A DNA stretch of 62,831 nt, counting the filler, from Fonticula-like sp. SCN 57-25 (lineage: Eukaryota), in NCBI GenBank assembly GCA_001724245.1. It is 8 parts of 8 records of this genome, joined end to end, with 100 filler letters (N's around TTAATTAATTAA, not from the genome) between each part and the next. Parts side by side here need not be neighbours in the genome. Positions count along the whole stretch, not along the records: positions 1 to 7,787 come from MEDX01000334.1; positions 7,888 to 15,667 come from MEDX01000335.1; 6 more parts are not named here. One strand, written 5' to 3'. Shown in pieces: positions 1 to 12,351 of the stretch. A program made the translations under genes and the position numbers. Below the pieces are notes generated by a model that saw only the letters and a program-made list of their open reading frames with translations, had not been told where the DNA came from and ran no database searches. The number at the start of each line of letters is the position of its first letter. Position 1 is the first letter of the stretch.

Positions 1-799
1 AGCCGCGATGCCACGTCCGGGAAGGCGATCTGCAGCCGCGTGTGTATCGTCGTGTTGCCCTGCCCGCTGCACTTTACGCTCTGGTCCTGTGAGATCTTGT
101 TGTGCAGCGCGAGGAACGGCGGCCGAGCGCGGTCCACCATCGGACGCGGCCACGGCACGACGCGGTCATCGATCGACAGCGTGCTCGACGGGCCGATGCG
201 CACGTTGGGATCGCGAAGGACGGCGCCGTCTAGATGCACGCGGCCCTCGCTGAATAAAAGCGGGATGTAGACCGTGGGGCACCATAGGTTCTCCCGTAGG
301 ATCTGGTTCACCGACGTCGGCTCGCTGAGCACCCGGGCAAGGCGGGACATGGCGGGATCGGCCGCGCGCCAAACGTATCTGGTCACGTGATGTGGTTTGG
401 AAACCGATATCAGCACTGCATGAGTATGGGTCCATAGTGTCGAAGAGCATCAAAACACTTCAATGGCATTGCACAGACATGCCCTGTTTATTCTTCTTTG
501 CGGTATAGAAACTATATTTGCCCTTACAAAGGCTACATTCGACCTTTCATAAGGTTCCCGCTTTACTCTATGGCGAATCTTGCCTGTTTTGGCAATAGTT
601 CGTCCATTTATAGTCATTTGTCTCTATCGATTGGAAATTGATAACCCATTTATAGTCATTCTGCCCTTATCTGGCTCTCCATTTATGGTCATTTTATCCA
701 AATTGGGTCGGACATTACTTGCCCCTGAAGAAGAGCGGCACAAAAACCACAACAGACGGTGCGGAGGAGAAAAACACAACAGTCTGTGTGCCATCAACC

Positions 800-2065
800 A
801 TGTCGGGGTACCTCGGGGACCTGAGCCCCGACCAGGAGAAGGCGCTCGAGCAGTTCAAGGACAAGATGAAGGACTACCTTACCAAGCCTGAGCACAACGA
901 CCGCTACTGCCTCCGCTGGCTGCGCGCTCGCTCGTTCAATGTCAACAAGGCGACCGAGATGCTCACCAAGCACTTTGCGTGGCGCAAGGAGTTTGGCATC
1001 GACACGATCCTGGATGACTACAAGCCGCACGCTGTGCTGGACGCGTACCTGCCAAAGGGAACGCTGTACGGGCCCGACAAGGACGGCCGCCCCGTCGAGC
1101 TGCAAAAGATCGGCGCCATCGACACCCGCGGCATGCTGCAGTGCGCCACGGCCGCCGAGGTGCTGCGGTCCCACGTACGAGATGCCAACGGGAGACCATT
1201 GTACTGACACTGTTGTTGTAGACGTACAGCCTCGAGGTGCTTCAGCGCGAGATCAACAATGCGCAGGCGACGGACGGCGTGACCGTCATCGAGTCCGCGA
1301 CCGTCATCACCGATGCCCACGGCCTCTCGTCGCGCCATCTGTGGCGCCCTGGACTCAAGCTCTTTGTCGACATGATGGCCATCCAGCAGGACAACTACCC
1401 CGAGACGCTCGAGCGCGTCATCATCATCCGCGCGCCGAGCATCTTCCCCTTCCTCTTCAACATGGTCAAGGGCGTCTTTGACGCGCGCACGCGGGCAAAG
1501 TTTGACGTTGTCTCGGGCGACTGGCAGAAGCGCCTCAAAGAGTTTATCCCCGAGGTACGTCTTTCGTGTTTTTTAGTCTTTTTGTGGGATGCGCTGCTGA
1601 TGCCTGCTGCAGTCGTCGCTCCCGCCAGAGTACGGAGGCACCGCGCCCGGCTGGGGCAACGCCACACAGGCCGGCCTGGTCCCCAAGAGCCTCTACAAAA
1701 AGTCGGACGAGTCGTACCAGAAGCACAGCATCGGCGCCGGCAAGGCGCACCTGGTCGAGTTTGTCGTCGAGCGGCCCAACTCGATGATCGCGTGGGACTT
1801 TTTCACCGAAGAGTTTGACATTGGCTTTAGCCTGCTGTACACCGACAAGGACGAAGCGGTCAAGGCAAAGGAGATGGAAGAGGTGCACAAGTACGAGCGC
1901 TACCCCAACACAAAGAGTAACATCGAGGGCACGTTCGTCACGACCAGGATAGGCCGCTACCTGCTCCGGTTCGACAACACGTACTCGATGATGCGGTCAA
2001 AGACAATCATGTACAAGGTCGAGTGCGTGCTGCCCGACGAAAAGGTCATCGAGGACAACGTGTGA
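800..2065 (+). CDS. SEC14-like lipid-binding protein (CRAL-TRIO + C-terminal GOLD), 3 exons
   Basis: MSGYLGDLSPDQEKALEQF, LRWLRARSFNVNKA, QDNYPETLERVIIIRAPSIFP, LPPEYGGT, GRYLLRFDNTYSMMRSKTI. GT-AG introns 1175-1221 and 1555-1612 join the three ORF pieces in frame. Confidence 0.92.
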
Positions 2066-2908
2066 GGCGGGCGTCGTTTGTGTCGTGATAAAGTATCTTT
2101 TACATCGAGCCACTGAATTTGGTGAAATACCGTTCAGCGCGTGGCTTTTAACCAGTTTGTTTACATGAAGTTTTGTTGGTAGTATTGTTAAAGCGCGAAT
2201 AAATTGGTTTGCAGTAAAATACGGTCGAAAACGTCGTTTGTGCGGAAGGAAAAGTGTTCTAAATGGTGAGTGTAATGTTCAATGTGACAGATATCTATGA
2301 GAAAACAGAAAGTTATGTCTTCTAGTCCATTCGCTGTTGTTGTGTAGCAGTCTGGAAGGCGTTCGGGAGAGTTGACGCAATCGAAAGATGTCATAAAAGA
2401 GATAAGTGACAATGGTTTACATGGGAAGCTGTGGATAGATCTAGATCCAGAAATAGGAAATTTTTACTTGCTCACTGAATATGCTCATAAAGCAATTTTT
2501 TAAAGTGGAATAGTGTAGATAGTACTGAGAGCTTTTATATTTATTTATTTAGTTTTATAGTAATAATATAAACTGCCAAAGTTTTACTATTGACAACGAA
2601 TGTCCAGAATAATCAAATTGTGGACCAATCACAACACAGGTCACATACATTTCCACCAATCATCATCGATGTGCCGAGCAAATGCTTCAGGAGTCCAAGA
2701 TCGCACAACAGCGTATAGTAAAACTCTGCACATGCAAGCATATAGTGCCTTCATTCTACCCGGTTGACATACCCAATTGATATTCACCCTTTACAATATA
2801 TTTCTTTGTCGCCAACCCCCGCAAAGTCCATTGTTGCTTATTCATCCGCATCCACGTGGTCCCGAAGTACTCGTGACTCCCCCGTCGGTGCCCCGCCCCA
2901 TCAACACC

Positions 2909-4522
2909 ATGAAGGGTCAACTCTGGCTGGCGGCCCTCGTCGGCCTGCTCGCCTGCGCCTCCTCTGCGCGCGCCTCTCTCAAGGACATGGTCACCGCCGA
3001 TGGCATCTTTGTCCATCTCCATGCACTTGACGAGATTGCCAACCTTCCCTCGAACGAGGGATCCCGCGCCGTCTGGCTCGGCTACAATGACTCTGTCTCG
3101 TATGTCGTCGACATGCTCACGCAGCACACCGACTACCGCGTGTCCATCCAGCACCTTGAGGTCACCGTGAGCGAGTACCTCGAGACGCCCGTGCTCGAGG
3201 GCGTCTCCCCCCTCCAGGCCACCTTTGCCCTCAACGATGACTTTGTCGGCTATAACAATGGCGGCAGCGGCGATGTGACCGGCCCCGTGCAGCAGGTCTT
3301 TGGCGGCTGCAACATCGAGGACTTTGACGGTCTCCCCCGCAGCGGCATCTTTTTGATCAACCGCAACTCGCACCCTGCCCAGAACCAGACCTGCAGCTAC
3401 AAGATCCGCGTCGACAATGCCATCAGCTGGGGCGCGCAGGGCGTCATCGTGTACAATCCGACTGATGTCCTCCCCACTCTCGGCGGCGCCACCGTCGGCA
3501 CGCCCGTCCCCGTCTTTGGCGTCAACTCTGCCACCGGCAACTTTTTCTCCGAGCAGCTCGCCACCGGCACGATCCCGTACGCCCGCATGGTCTCCAAGAG
3601 CCGCGTCGCCACCTACCCCACCGTCAACGTGATCGCCGACACGCCCGCCGCCACCCACGACGACCGCATCGTCGTCGTCGGCGCGCACCTCGACTCTGTC
3701 CCCGCCGGCGCCGGCATCAACGACAACGGCTCGGGATCCGGCACCGTCCTCGAGATCGCCCTCCAGTTCGCCAAGCTCACCACGCCCGTCAACCCCGTCC
3801 GCTTCGCGTGGTGGGCCGCCGAGGAGTGGGGCCTCCTCGGCTCCGCGCACTACGTCGCCAACCTCTCGGACGACGAGAAGCAGCGCATCGCCTGCAACCT
3901 CAACTTTGACATGCTCGGCTCGCCCAACTTTATCCGCGTGCGTACTTGAAAGGCCAAAAAGCCTCAATACTGGCCCAATACGGGTCTTAGAATGATGCAA
4001 ACTGACGCGGTTTCCAGGGTGTTTATGATGGCCGCAATGGCCCCGCCGACGTCTCTGTCGGCTCGGGCAACATCCAGGGCCTCTTTGAGGAGCACTTCCA
4101 GGCCGAGGGCCTCACGTACGAGCCGACGCCGTTCAACGGCCGCTCCGACTATGGACCTTTCATCGAGGTACGGCGGGAAAAATATGCTTGTTTTATATGA
4201 AAAGTGGCTCATTTGTGGCTTAGAATGGCATTCCGGCGGGCGGTCTTGCTGCCGGCGCGGAGGAGATGAAGACGATTGAGCAGCGTGCGCTCTTTGGCGG
4301 CCTCGCCTTTACGCACCTCGACCCCTGCTACCACCGGTACGCACATTAATGACGTAATCCAATTTCCTATTGATTTGGCTAACAAAATGATAAAGTGCGT
4401 GCGACAATGTGGACAACATTTCGCGCGAGGCCATTGAGACGCTCGGCAGCGCCGCCGCGTACGTCACGGAGCAGCTGGCGTTCAAGGAGGACCTCAAGGG
4501 CTTCCTCGGCAAGTCGGCCTAG
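2909..4522 (+). CDS. Secreted M28 aminopeptidase with PA domain (aminopeptidase Y-like), 4 exons
   Basis: Signal peptide MKGQLWLAALVGLLACASS; GAHLDSV, GINDNGSG, WWAAEEWGLLGS, LNFDMLGSPN, GRSDYGPF, DPCYH-RACD. Introns about 3938-4017, 4168-4223 and 4337-4395. Confidence 0.92.
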
Positions 4523-4889
4523 AGGCGCCACGTGGCGCTGTGAAGCATAGTTTTGTCAATGTGATTCTGATTTGCATCGCGAGCGACGTGAATAGACATG
4601 GAACGGTAAATATGAAATGGACAGAAAAAAGTAAAGCTAAAGAAAGTGAACCAAAAAGTGACACAAGAGGACCAAAAAGTAACAAAAGTGGACCAAAAAC
4701 TCATTAGAATGAACCACAATGAACCAAAAATGTCGATATATAGGCAAAATACATTGTGTATGCGTACAGGCAGAAAGAGATAAATAAATGCAATGCAAAC
4801 CGGCAAATCAAATACAAGCAAGTCTAGCAGCGCCCTTTCAGCGCAAAACACTCTTCTAAAGCACTCATTCACACCACTTTTTACCACAC

Positions 4890-7787
4890 TTACTCTTCAA
4901 ACAGCGGATTCTTCACCACTTCCGACGACGTCGACATTGGCCGCCCCTCCTCGTCGCCCCTTCCCGCCCTCCTGGCCGGCGCCGCCGCCTCGGGGCTCAA
5001 GTCCTCAATCGACCCCGCGCCGCCCGCCGTCTCCACAAGGCCCGGCGGCAGCAGAAAGTTGCCACGTGACAGCCTTCTGACCAGCTGCGCCGCCCTCATG
5101 CGCACCTCTTCATCCTCACTTTTTGGTGCTGATGATGACACTGATGATGCTGCTGGGGTAAGTGGCTCGGGCTTGGCGGGGCGGCGGAGAAGAAAGGGAA
5201 GCGGCGACTGCGGCTCGTCGGTGATTTCAATGTCGTCGCACACGACAAAGGTGTCGGAGCGCTTTTCGCGGAAGGGTTCGGGGTCGGCGGCGTCGGCGGC
5301 GGAGAGGCCAAAGGAGCTCGTGCCGGTGTACGAGCGGGAAGGCGAAGATCCGACCTCTGAGAAAAGTGTGAGCGAAGAATAGGAACATAAAAGAAGTGGC
5401 AATGAAAGGGTGAAAAGTGGTAAAGAAAGGCCAGAAAAGAGTCATATAAATATAAAAATCATCCAAAAGTCATTCAAAATCATCCAAAATCATCCAAAAA
5501 CAACCAAAAACACCCAAAAATCATTCAAAAAACCCATCCAAAAACAGTCAAATTATGTCACACGTACCGTGGAAGAGCGGGTTGGCAAAGGTCGTGTCGA
5601 GGTCGTCGGGGTCGCCGAGGACGCCGTTCGTGCGGCGAATGTACGAGCGCATCAAAAGAGCGCCCTTTTTGCGCTGGCAGAAAAGACGGCGCTGCTCGCA
5701 TCGACGGAAGCGCTCTAGAATAAGTGAAGGAAAAGAGGAAGAAAAGTGGAGAAAAAGTGGAAAAAAATTGGAGAAAAGGTGGAAAAGAGCAGCAAATAAC
5801 ACAAAAAGCATCAAAAAAGTACCAAAAAAGAGTCAAAAGTAACAATAAAGCAAGAAAAAACACATTTCAACTGTCAGTTTAACGTCTTTCTCTTCCATTC
5901 CTCGCACCATCCGCCGTCAATCCACTCTGCTTCGCCCCCCTCCTCTTTTCAATCTCATTCAGCGACACCATACTCGTCGCATGCGTCATCCCCTGCGGCC
6001 TCTTCTCCCCCTTTCCTCCCCCCCCTCCCCTCAGCAGCGGGTGCGCATTGCTATCAAACAGCGACACGGACGACCGCTGCGACCCCTGCACCGACGCTGA
6101 CGTCATCATTGGCGCCAAATCGCCAAAGCTCTCGAGCGACGTCGCGCGTCTCGGCGGCGCCGTCCTCTGCACCGCGCGCTCACATGCATCAAACCCGACG
6201 TCCTCATCACTTATGCTCGCGTAAATTGCAGGAATGCGGCGGAATGTCTTTAGCATTCCCATCTCGGTGAGTGTTTGCGAGTCGCTTGGCAGTGTGACGC
6301 CCTTGAGGCCCGCCATGACGAGCATGCTTGGGAAGGGGTCAAGGATGGCTTGGAGAGGGTCGATGGAGGTGCCGCTCGAGGAGGACTTGACGGGGGAGGA
6401 GCCGAGCTCGTTAGTGAGCGAGTGCTGGCGGTTGGCGTGGCTCACAAAGTAGGGGAGGCGGCGCTCTTTTTGGTGGATTTCAAGGTCGCGTTGCTGCAGA
6501 AAATGTCAGTAATATGCACTTTAGGCACATGAAATGACCAAATGACCCATGAAAATGACTCATATGACCCATAAAAATGACCAATTTGACCCATAAAAAT
6601 GACCAAAACCCATAAAAATACTCCTTTTTTGCCCCATTTCAACCCCCGAATCAGCACATAATTCGTACCTTTCTCATAAATGACCTCACCTCCAGCTGCT
6701 GCTTCTTCCACAGCGCCCACCTCGACCTCTCCAGCACATCCATCATCCTCTCCCTCAGCGCCGGCGTCAGCCTCGGGTCATCCGCCGCCATGAACGACTT
6801 TAGCATTCCCGCCGGCGCGAGCAGCGGCATGGACGACTGCGCCGCCGCGGCCACTTTTTTGCGCGGCGGCGGCCGACTCGGCAAGTCCAGGCCGGCGACT
6901 TCGGTCAGCTCGGGGACGGACGTCGAGCGGCGGATGACGGAGATTTCGCCCATCTCGGCGGCAGAGTAGACGGCGGAGGAGTAGCGCGCGACGGGGACGG
7001 GGTGGGCGGACTCGGTGAGGGCGAAGGAGGGGGGGGTGGCGGGGGCCTGAAGGGTGTTGCGGACAAGCGTACTAGAAGGAGAAGTAAGTAACAGGATGAG
7101 AAACAGTAGCAGTAAGGGTAACAGAATCACGAAGAACATCAATACCAATATCAATACCAATATCATTCCCAATACCAATCATCAATCATCAACAAAAAGA
7201 ACCCATCAATCACGAGCAACAAATCCAAACATTTTACGTACGGCTTGTTGAAGCGCGTCTCGAGTGCCGCCGACAGCGTGCTTGCGTCATGCTCCCCCAG
7301 CCTCAGCGACCCCACCTGGCTCTCACTGACCGGGTACTCGTCATCTTCTTCCACCTCGAATGCGCCGTACTCATACTCTTCATCATCATAGGTCGGTGTG
7401 TAGGCCTCCTGGCCGCCGTCCCCGACGGGCACCTCGCGCGTGCGAATGTTGCTGACAAACCCTTTGCGGTCGCTGGAGGGAGTGGCGCCCCGGCGGACGG
7501 CGGCGGGGGTGTTGGAGGCGGAGGCGGAGAGGCGAAGGCCACTGTGGCGGTGGTACTCGCTCCCGGTCGCTGCTCAATGTTTAGTATCAACATGAAACAA
7601 ACGGTAACTATGAAACAAAATGAACCAAAATACATCAAACATGAAACAAAATCAACATAAAATGTATCAAACATGCATGAAATTCAACATGAAACTACTA
7701 CAAACACAACAGATTACGTACATTTTGTTGAGACTGCCGACACGCGACGGCCAGGGTGCGACAGCCTGTTGCCACTGCTCGACGACG
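4890..7787 (-). CDS. Hypothetical multi-exon protein, 5' truncated at contig end; Ser/Pro-rich, probably largely disordered
   Basis: GC-rich coding-like blocks (about 7560-7240, 7070-6670, 6500-5880, 5715-5567, 5355-4890) separated by T-rich GTACG...YAG introns; ends NPLFEE-stop. No family recognised. Confidence 0.6.
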
Positions 7788-7887
7788 NNNNNNNNNNNNN
7801 NNNNNNNNNNNNNNNNNNNNNNNNNNNNNNNTTAATTAATTAANNNNNNNNNNNNNNNNNNNNNNNNNNNNNNNNNNNNNNNNNNNN
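7788..7887. other. Artificial contig linker (N44-TTAATTAATTAA-N44)
   Basis: Six-frame stop linker. The same 100-nt block recurs at 15668-15767, 23548-23647, 31420-31519, 39282-39381, 47137-47236 and 54989-55088. Confidence 0.99.
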
Positions 7888-7919
7888 TGATTACTTGCAA
7901 TCATCACGTGCGTCTAGAG

Positions 7920-9932
7920 ATGGCCGAGCAGGTGAAGCAGCGCGCGTGTCTTATCGTGATCGACGGCTGGGGCGTCAGCGACGTCAAGGACGGCAACGGT
8001 GTGTCCCATATTTTTTCCCCTCTCTTTCGGTTGGTTTTTCCCCAAAGCTCGCTGGCTTACACGATGCGGTCCATTTAGCCGTCTACCATGCCAAGACCCC
8101 GGTGATGTCGGCCTTTGAAAAGAATGATCAGGTACGCCGCTCGCGCACTTGCTTGCCTGTTCTTTTGTTAACCCTATCCTCCTCTGTAGTGGACGACGCT
8201 TGCGGCGCACGGTCTTTCCGTCGGCCTCCCCGATGGCCTCATGGGCAACAGCGAGGTCGGTCACCTCAACGTCGGCGCCGGCCGCATTGTCTACCAGGAC
8301 ATTGTGCGGATTGATCTGGCTGTCCAGAGCGGCTCTCTCGCCTCGAACGCGACCCTGACGTCGGCCTTTGACCGCGCCAAGAGCGGCAACGGCCGCGTCC
8401 ACTTCCTCGGCCTTGTCTCGGATGGCGGCGTCCACAGCCACATCAACCACCTGCTCGCCCTCATGGACGCGGCCAAGGCGGCCAGCGTCCCCAACGCCTT
8501 TGTCCACTTTTTCGCCGACGGTCGCGACACCAAGCCGACGAGTGGCGGTGCGCCGCATGCTCGCACTCTTCTTTTCTCCTTGTTCTGACCTGTTTTGCCC
8601 TTCTTTTAGCCGGCTACGCCGAGCAGCTTGTCGGCCACCTCACCAAGATCGGCTACGGAAGCGTTGCCACGTGCACTGGGCGTTACTACGCGATGGACCG
8701 AGACAAGCGCTGGGAGCGCGTGCAGACGGCGTACGATGCGCTCGTTGACGGCAAGGGCGAGGCCGCGGACGATCTCGTCCAGGCCATCAAGAAGCGCTAC
8801 GCCGAGAACGAGACGGACGAGTTCCTCAAGCCGATCATCCTCAACCGCAACGGAACCATCCAGGGTGCGTTTCGTTTTATGCGGGGCGGAAAGGGGGGCT
8901 ATACTTGGCCAAGTCTTCCCTTTTACTGGTTGCTCACTCTTTGCCGCCAGACGGCGACACGCTGATCTTCTTCAACTACCGCTCGGACCGCATGCGCGAG
9001 ATCGTGCAGGCCTTTGGCATCCCCCCGTCGCCCTTTGCGACCCCCGTGACGGAGCGCAAGAACCTGTCCATCAGCAGCATGACGCGCTACAAGGGCGACT
9101 TCCCCTTCCCGGTCCTCTTTGAGGCGCAGTCCATGGACAACGTCCTCGCCGAGTGGCTCGCCAAGAAGAGCATCCCGCAGTACCACGTGGCAGGTGCGTG
9201 TAATGATGTCGACTGTCGCATTTACTTCTATTCGCATCCCAATGCTGACTACTGTTGATTGGCAGAGACTGAAAAGTACGCTCATGTGACGTTCTTCTTC
9301 AACGGCGGTACCGAGCGCGAGTTCCCCCTCGAGGTCCGCAAGGTCGTCCCCTCTCCCAAGGTCGCGACGTACGACCTCGAGCCCGCCATGAGCGCTATCG
9401 AAGTCGCGCGCGAGGTGGCGTCGGGCATTGCTGGCGGTGCTTACCCGTTCATCATGTGCAACTTTGCGCCGCCGGACATGGTTGGTCACACTGGCCAGTT
9501 TGACCGCGCCGTCCTCGGTGTGGAGGCCACAGGTGCGCTAGCTTTGCTGTTCTCGCACCGAGGCTAAAATGTTTTGTAGATGAGGCCATTGGTATCATTG
9601 CCGACGCCTGCAGGGCGCACGGCTACGTGCTGTTCGTCACTGCCGACCACGGCAACGCCGAGCAGATGTACAGCGAGACCGGCGGGCCGCACACGGCGCA
9701 CACCTGCAACCCGGGTGCGTGCTCGCTGCCTTTCCCTTTTCTTTTCTCATTCGATTGGCACTGACAATGAGGGGTAACAGTGCCGTTTGTCATGATGTCG
9801 GCTGACAACAAGTACAAGTTTGACCACGCCATTCCCAACCCCAAGCTTGCCGACTGCGCCCCCACCATCCTCGACGTGATGGGTCTCGACATCCCCAAGG
9901 AGATGGAGGGAAAGAGCCTGCTCCTCCACTAG
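7920..9932 (+). CDS. gpmI: 2,3-bisphosphoglycerate-independent phosphoglycerate mutase (iPGM), about 8 exons
   Basis: [109 protein letters not shown]. Confidence 0.96.
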
Positions 9933-10225
9933 GCGCTTGCTACTCTTATGCTCCCCTTATTCCAACACATTGATCCTTAATATATCGCCGGCTGCCGGTA
10001 AAACGCACACGAATGATGCCGTGGAAGGCAGAGAGGTTCCAAAGACCGGGATTATTAATAATCCCGCGTCACGTGATTTTTGAGGTTCCTCGACCAATCG
10101 GGAAGCTTCGGTGCAATAAAACCCGCTAGAGGGAGTACATATAACGGCCCTCGACACCCCGAGGAGCACCAGACGACTTTTGTCTTCTTCCCACCGCCAG
10201 CTTTCGCAAGCTCCTTTTCTTTACA

Positions 10226-10456
10226 ATGTGCCGCAAGATTGAGTGTGACCAGTGCCACCTGTGGACGTGGACCGGCTGCGGCCAGCACATCGACACTGCC
10301 CTCGAGGGTATCCCCGATGACGTACGCCCCTGCTGAGTATTGTGATAACATGCCGATGCTTACGTTGTGCTCTTTTCAATTTAATAGAAGATTTGCCGTC
10401 ACAAGTCGACTGGCAGCCGCAACCTGAAGCCGGTCGAGGGCCAGGCCAAGCAGTAA
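10226..10456 (+). CDS. 54-aa Cys/His-rich microprotein (CxxxxCxxC...TWxGCGxH type), 2 exons; absent from the ORF track
   Basis: Exon 1 10226-10321 MCRKIECDQCHLWTWTGCGQHIDTALEGIPDD; intron 10322-10387 (GTACGC...TAG); exon 2 KICRHKSTGSRNLKPVEGQAKQ-stop. Codons are C/G-ending like neighbouring genes. Confidence 0.8.
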
Positions 10457-10892
10457 GGTCACTTTGTTCGCTTCGTGGTCTTGTCTCGTTTGTTGAAATC
10501 TGTAGCTACATGGCTAGGTAGTGCGCCGATGCCGCTGACTGTTTAGGCGTTATATGCTTTGTGAGAAACGCAGTGGGATCACTGCTGTGACATAATATAT
10601 TTATACCAGCTCATTTAACGGGTCTCGCTGATGGGGTAGGGGTGACGTTGCCACCAGGTCCAACGATACCTGAATGTTACACGAAAGAAAAGCGGACCAC
10701 CGCACATCACCAGCAAATAACCAACATGATTTGGTTGTAGTGAGCCCTTTCTTTGTTGCTCTGGTGTGTGATATGTGCGCTCTCGTGCTCTCATTTGCGT
10801 TGCACCTTGGTCTTTGGTCTCTCTAGTTCCTCTTCTGATTATCTTCTGATTCGACTGATTTGACTGATTGGACCGAACCCACCGCAGCCAAG

Positions 10893-11282
10893 ATGGACGC
10901 AATCACAAAGTACATTGTGTCCAGCAAGGTCAAGTCCATGACCGGAGCCATGGGCTTTGACGACGACGAGGACGAGGAGGAGCAGCAGAAGAAGGAGCAG
11001 TCCAGAACGGTACGCCTCTTTCCTAGTGGGGAAAACCCTAGTTTGACGCGCTTGCCACAGCAAACGAAGGAGGAGATTGAGCGCGACCGCATCGCCGCGG
11101 AGCAGGCGGAGGCGAAGCGCCGCGAAAAGCACGAGGCGCGCCGCGAGGAGATGAAGAAGAAGCACGACGAGCTTCGCGACCGCTATAACCTCAAGGGCGC
11201 CCCTGGAACGACAAAGTACGCCGCGACACCCGGCAGTCCGACAACGCCAAAGGAGGAGGACAAGAACTGCGTCATTTTTTGA
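10893..11282 (+). CDS. Complexin-like protein (112 aa) with C-terminal CaaX box, 2 exons
   Basis: N-terminal MDAITKYIVSSKVKSMTGAMG, acidic linker, accessory/central helix ending ELRDRYNLK (cf. complexin IRDKYGIK/FRDKYRL), C-terminal CVIF. In-frame 51-nt intron 11010-11060. Confidence 0.78.
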   Translation: MDAITKYIVSSKVKSMTGAMGFDDDEDEEEQQKKEQSRTVRLFPSGENPSLTRLPQQTKEEIERDRIAAEQAEAKRREKHEARREEMKKKHDELRDRYNLKGAPGTTKYAATPGSPTTPKEEDKNCVIF

Positions 11283-11437
11283 GCGACGGCGGTGCCCGCA
11301 CTCTTTTCGCATCCAACTCTCCTTCTATCTATGCTCTAGTTTCGCTTTCGCTCTTGTAGTGTCTTTCCGTGTCCCTTTTGTGTACAATCCCTTCGGCGAT
11401 CAATGCAACAATGTCATATTCGTAAACGTCATTTTTC

Positions 11438-12261
11438 TTACATGAAATCGTCGTCGAGGTCGCGGCCGCGGTTGGACGCGTTGCTTGTGACGCGGCCAAG
11501 GATGGCGAGCTCGCTCATTTTCTTCTCGCTGTTGGCCGCGGCTTCCTCCAGGCGAGCTAAGCGGTCGAGTGAGTGTCAACGCCGGCGGTCCACATTGAGC
11601 CGTACCCTTCTCAGCGGCGCGCTCAGCAGCGGCGGCCTCGCGGCGCGCGCGCACCTCAGCAAGGCGCTTAAGGTCCGACTTTTCCTGCATCGCCCTCGCC
11701 GCATCGCTGCGCCGGTCGTACTCCGCCTGCTCGCTACACGGAACATGTCAGCAAAAAAAGCAATGTGCCAATGGCGTACCGAGGAGAAAGCTTCTTGACG
11801 GGGCGCCCGCCAGACGGGGCAGCGCCTCCGCGCCCCCTGCGTGCAGCGGCAGGGACACCGGCGGCGCGGTTGGCCGAGCTCGGTCCGCTTTCGCTGTCGC
11901 TGCTGTCACTGTCACTGTCATCACTGCTGCTATCATCGCTGCTGCTGTCATCGCTGCTGCTGTCGTCGCTGCTGCTGCTTCCGTCAGCCGCGGACGCAGG
12001 CGCCTTCTTCGCCTTGGCGACCGGGGCGGCCACCTTCTGCTCGGTCTCGCTCGAGGATGAGTCGTCCTCGCTGTCGGACGGCGGCATGTCCACCTTGCGA
12101 ACAATAAAACGATCCTCCATTTCCTCCTGGCTCATAGGGCCGCTGTAGCGTCCCGAGCTCCCCCCTCCGCGCCCTCCACGTGAAGCAGACTTTCCGCGGG
12201 ACGATGGCGCGCCACGGCTGCCACCGCGCCCACCCTTGGAGCGATCATCGTCGCGGGCCAT
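11438..12261 (-). CDS. PP28/PDAP1 (HASPP28)-like phosphoprotein, 3 exons
   Basis: RGG-rich N-terminus, DMPPSDSEDD plus Ser/Asp tract, then KLSPR...EKSDLKRLAEVRARREAAAAER, which resembles the PP28 motif ADLARLAxIRxxRE. Confidence 0.65.
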
Positions 12262-12351
12262 CGTGGTCGTTCAAGGATGCAAACTGCAAACAGGCAACTC
12301 GATCACATCCGGTCTTGTGGGGGGGCAGCAAAGCGCTGAAACAACACGGAG

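Noticed and set aside
8-453. Short ORFs at the window start
   Set aside because: No recognisable motifs or splice structure; probably non-coding.
7920-9932. iPGM as a bacterial horizontal transfer
   Set aside because: iPGM is widespread in eukaryotes, and the gene has many spliceosomal introns and native codon usage.
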